Assembly: GCA_030726725.1 (NCBI GenBank) | Contig: JANRDC010000006.1 | Span: 4,171-68,170 of the forward strand | Direction: 5' to 3' | Length of the DNA: 64,000 nucleotides | Source: Flavobacteriaceae bacterium | GTDB lineage: Bacteria; Bacteroidota; Bacteroidia; Flavobacteriales; Flavobacteriaceae | The notes under the pieces: model-generated | Databases searched by the model: none | Told to the model about the DNA's origin: nothing | Seen by the model: the letters and a program-made list of their open reading frames with translations, nothing else | Made by a program: the position numbers and the translations under genes | Shown here: positions 61,199-64,000 of the stretch, piece by piece | Numbering within the stretch: position 1 is the stretch's first letter | Layout: each line of letters starts with the position of its first letter

Positions 61199-62335
61199 AT
61201 GAAAACCACAAAACAAGCGGTACTGGATGCGTTGACAAAAATTTCAGCGCCAGGCGAAGGAAAAAACATGGTGGAAAGCGGTGCGGTGACCAACGTAGTC
61301 GTTTTTGGCGATGAGGTGGTGGTCGATGTGGTGATTGACAACCCAACACTTCAAGCGCGTAAAAAAACTGAAGTTTCTGTCATGCAGGTGATCCACGCTG
61401 AGGTAGATCAGAAATTAAAGGTAAAGGTCAATATCAAAGTCGAGGTGCCTCAAAATGCACCCAATCCAAATCTGATCAAAGGAAAGCCTATTCCAGGCAT
61501 CAAAAATATTGTCGCCATCGCCTCCGGAAAAGGAGGGGTAGGCAAATCTACCGTAACTGCCAACATCGCGGTTACCCTGGCCCAAATGGGTTTCCAAGTG
61601 GGTCTCTTGGATGCAGATATCTACGGGCCCTCAATGCCCACTATGTTTGACGTGGTGATGGAAAAGCCTTTGTCAGTGATGATTGATGGCAAATCCAAAA
61701 TGAAGCCCGTGGAAAACCATGGGGTCAAAATGCTCTCCATAGGATTTTTTACCCAGCCTGGACAAGCCGTAATCTGGCGTGGCCCCATGGCAGCCAAAGC
61801 CTTAAACCAATTGATTTTTGACGCCCATTGGGGAGAACTCGATTTTTTATTGATCGATTTGCCCCCTGGAACAGGAGACATCCACTTGAGTATCATGCAA
61901 GCTTTGCCTATTACAGGCGCCTTGGTGGTCAGCACTCCTCAAGAAGTAGCCCTGGCCGATGCGCGCAAAGGTGTGGCGATGTTCCAACAGGAAAATATCC
62001 AAGTACCGGTGCTCGGAATCATTGAAAACATGGCCTATTTTACTCCGGAGGAGCTTCCTGACCATAAATATTATATATTTGGTAAGGACGGGGCCAAACA
62101 CCTGGCTGAAGACCTTGGAGTGCCTTTTATCGGAGCGCTTCCTTTGGTGCAGAGCATCCGAGAGGCAGGTGATGTGGGCAGGCCAGCTGCGCTTCAGCAG
62201 ACAGGACCTACTGCAACAGCTTTTGAAGCATTGACCCGCGAAGCTGTTCGTCAGGTAGTAGCGCGCAATGAAGCGCTTCCGCCGACAGAGGCGATTAAAA
62301 TTACAACCATGGCCGGATGTTCGGCCTTGAAATAA
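61199..62335 (+). CDS. apbC: Mrp/NBP35-family iron-sulfur cluster carrier ATPase
   Basis: 378-aa ORF with an N-terminal DUF59-like domain, a deviant Walker A IASGKGGVGKST and a CxxC-less Bacteroidota-type C-terminus. Confidence 0.9.
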   Translation: MKTTKQAVLDALTKISAPGEGKNMVESGAVTNVVVFGDEVVVDVVIDNPTLQARKKTEVSVMQVIHAEVDQKLKVKVNIKVEVPQNAPNPNLIKGKPIPGIKNIVAIASGKGGVGKSTVTANIAVTLAQMGFQVGLLDADIYGPSMPTMFDVVMEKPLSVMIDGKSKMKPVENHGVKMLSIGFFTQPGQAVIWRGPMAAKALNQLIFDAHWGELDFLLIDLPPGTGDIHLSIMQALPITGALVVSTPQEVALADARKGVAMFQQENIQVPVLGIIENMAYFTPEELPDHKYYIFGKDGAKHLAEDLGVPFIGALPLVQSIREAGDVGRPAALQQTGPTATAFEALTREAVRQVVARNEALPPTEAIKITTMAGCSALK

Positions 62336-62580
62336 TGGAGATGACATCAGAACAACTCGTTGAAAAAGTACAAGAGGCCTTAGAGGAAATCAGGCCGTTT
62401 CTCCAGTCAGATGGCGGAGACATCAGTTTGGTCGGTATAGAGTCTGACACCATTGTTCGCGTGCGCCTTGAGGGAGCGTGTTCCGGGTGCAGCATCAACC
62501 AAATGACGCTGAAGTCTGGGGTGGAAGCCACGATCAAAAAACACGCCCCCCAAATTCAAACGGTACTCAACGAATCCTAG
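62335..62580 (+). CDS. NifU-like (Nfu C-terminal domain) iron-sulfur protein
   Basis: The start MEMTSEQLVEKV overlaps the mrp stop by 1 nt (TAATG). The ORF has SDGGDISLV and a CxxC motif (GACSGCS). Confidence 0.85.
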   Translation: MEMTSEQLVEKVQEALEEIRPFLQSDGGDISLVGIESDTIVRVRLEGACSGCSINQMTLKSGVEATIKKHAPQIQTVLNES

Positions 62581-62585
62581 CTGAG

Positions 62586-64000
62586 ATGACTTACTTCCAA
62601 CGATTAACTCAGTTGTTCTTTTTCGCTGCAGTTTTGTTGTTGGGTTCTTTTGGTTGGTCACAAAGCGCACCTGCTTATGCGGAAATACAGCAGTGGACGG
62701 CGCAAGCCAAACAAGTAGAGATCATCCGGGATACTTATGGCGTTCCTCACATATACGGCAAAACCGATGCAGATGTGGTGTTTGGATTGATGTATGCCCA
62801 GTGTGAAGATGATTTCAATCGGGTAGAAACCAATTTTTTAACGGCTATAGGTCGCTTGGCAGAGGCTCAAGGCACCGAAGGGTTGTACAGCGACCTCAGG
62901 GCGAGGTTGTGGATGACGGACTTGGAAGCTCAAGACCAATACAACACTGCTCCCGCCTGGCTTCAAGAGCTTTGCCAGGGGTGGGCGGATGGACTCAATT
63001 ATTATTTATACCGCCATCCTGAAGTAAAACCACGGGCTATCAATCGTTTTGAGCCTTGGATGTCTCTGTATTTTACTGAAGGATCTATTGGGGGTGATAT
63101 AGAACGCGTCTCCCTAAAAAGTCTGGCTGCCTTTTATGAAAATGCACCAGAACCCTTAGCGGTTCACCAACCTAAAGCAAGAGATATCCAGGAGCCAGCC
63201 GGATCTAACGGTATTGCGCTCTCCGGGGACAAGACATCCTCAGGATATCCGATGTTGCTGATCAATCCCCACACTTCATTTTACTTTCGGGGGGAAGCCC
63301 ACATGGTGAGTGAAACTGGGCTGAACGCTTACGGTGCCATCACTTGGGGTCAGTTTTTTATCTATCAGGGATTTAATGAGCAGATGGGCTGGATGCACAC
63401 CTCAACCTATGTAGATGTGATGGATGAGTATATCGAAGAAATTGTCCCCACAGAACAAGGATTAACTTATCGATATGGCCATGAATGGAGGCCGGTAATC
63501 GTGGATACGGTTTCTATTCGGGTGAAACAGGCCGATGGATCGTTAAAAACTCTTGATTTTCCCAGATACAAAACCCACCATGGACCGATTACCCATACAT
63601 TGGACGGGCGTTGGACAGCTACTTCTATGATGTGGCGGCCTGTAGATGCATTGGCCCAGTCTTACCTCAGAACCAAGCAGGAAAACTACGAAGATTTTGT
63701 TGCCGTCATGCAAGCCCGCACCAACGCGTCCAACAATACGGTGTACGCGGATCAATCGGGAAACATCGCTTATTTTCACGGTAATTTTGTGCCTAAACGC
63801 AATCCAGCATTTGATTTTTCCGCGCCACAAAAAGGGAGTGATCCCCAAACGGATTGGCAAGGGCTACATCCGATAGAGGAGCTGATCTTCTTAAAAAACC
63901 CTTCGGTAGGTTGGGTGCAAAACTGCAACTCAACGCCGTATACAGCTGCTGCCGAGGACAGTCCGCGACCAGAAGATTACGCGCCGTATATGGCCACGGC
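62586..64000 (+). CDS. penicillin-acylase-family (S45 Ntn-hydrolase) protein, secreted; 3' end outside window
   Basis: Not in the supplied ORF track. My own translation from the ATG at 62586 stays open to the window edge. It has the signal peptide MTYFQRLTQLFFFAAVLLLGSFGWSQS, then IIRDTYGVPHIYG, the nucleophile context EPAGSNGIALSG, and LLINPHTSFYF. Confidence 0.85.
   Translation, partial: MTYFQRLTQLFFFAAVLLLGSFGWSQSAPAYAEIQQWTAQAKQVEIIRDTYGVPHIYGKTDADVVFGLMYAQCEDDFNRVETNFLTAIGRLAEAQGTEGLYSDLRARLWMTDLEAQDQYNTAPAWLQELCQGWADGLNYYLYRHPEVKPRAINRFEPWMSLYFTEGSIGGDIERVSLKSLAAFYENAPEPLAVHQPKARDIQEPAGSNGIALSGDKTSSGYPMLLINPHTSFYFRGEAHMVSETGLNAYGAITWGQFFIYQGFNEQMGWMHTSTYVDVMDEYIEEIVPTEQGLTYRYGHEWRPVIVDTVSIRVKQADGSLKTLDFPRYKTHHGPITHTLDGRWTATSMMWRPVDALAQSYLRTKQENYEDFVAVMQARTNASNNTVYADQSGNIAYFHGNFVPKRNPAFDFSAPQKGSDPQTDWQGLHPIEELIFLKNPSVGWVQNCNSTPYTAAAEDSPRPEDYAPYMAT

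Noticed and set aside
1-64000. I searched the whole window for a defence island, mobile element, prophage, CRISPR array, toxin-antitoxin pair, or tRNA/rRNA genes.
   Set aside because: No transposase, integrase, recombinase, Cas, restriction-modification, Abi or nuclease-NTPase-type ORF was recognisable. No spaced direct repeats, no GGTTCGAATCC-type tRNA T-arm and no rRNA-like sequence were seen. Gene content and synteny are those of core Bacteroidota chromosome.

Overview
This window is about 64 kb of chromosomal, mostly housekeeping DNA. Several features point to Bacteroidota, probably a Flavobacteriia-like organism: a T9SS type-A C-terminal sorting domain, recurrent TAnnTTTG -7 promoter boxes, few Shine-Dalgarno sequences, and ftsX-DUF3098-uppP-truB, DUF4271-hemD and pyrC-DUF4296 synteny. 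I call 65 protein-coding genes, two of them cut by the window edges. The last one, a penicillin-acylase-family gene at 62586-64000, is absent from the supplied ORF track because it has no stop codon inside the window. I also call one TPP riboswitch, ten intrinsic-terminator-like hairpins and fifteen candidate -7 promoter boxes. Several of these boxes argue for shorter gene starts than the ORF track gives. I found no rRNA, tRNA, CRISPR array, transposase, integrase, phage gene, or recognisable defence or toxin-antitoxin module. All product calls rest on my own recognition of motifs in the translations; no database search was possible, so family names are hypotheses of varying strength. Nothing here is an obvious novel system. 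The most promising candidates are listed below. (1) A very highly codon-biased beta-helix-like surface lipoprotein paired with a non-SusC-type TonB-dependent receptor and an adjacent two-component system, with a shared TTAACATT motif in both upstream regions (53-59.5 kb). (2) A divergent nine-gene cluster that reads like a periplasm/cytoplasm-split oxidative (3-keto) glycoside-cleavage pathway (1.0-9.5 kb). (3) A DUF3127 OB-fold protein with SSB-like architecture, including a C-terminal DDLPF tip (33.8-34.2 kb). (4) A cargo-less protein made only of a signal peptide and a T9SS sorting domain, sitting upstream of a LuxE-like acyl-adenylate enzyme (51.7-53.0 kb). (5) A pnuC/NadR-type kinase pair abutting a TPP-riboswitch-controlled TonB-dependent receptor (28.9-32.4 kb). 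(6) A ribosomal protein L21 fused to a Rho_N/SAP-like helix-extension-helix tail.
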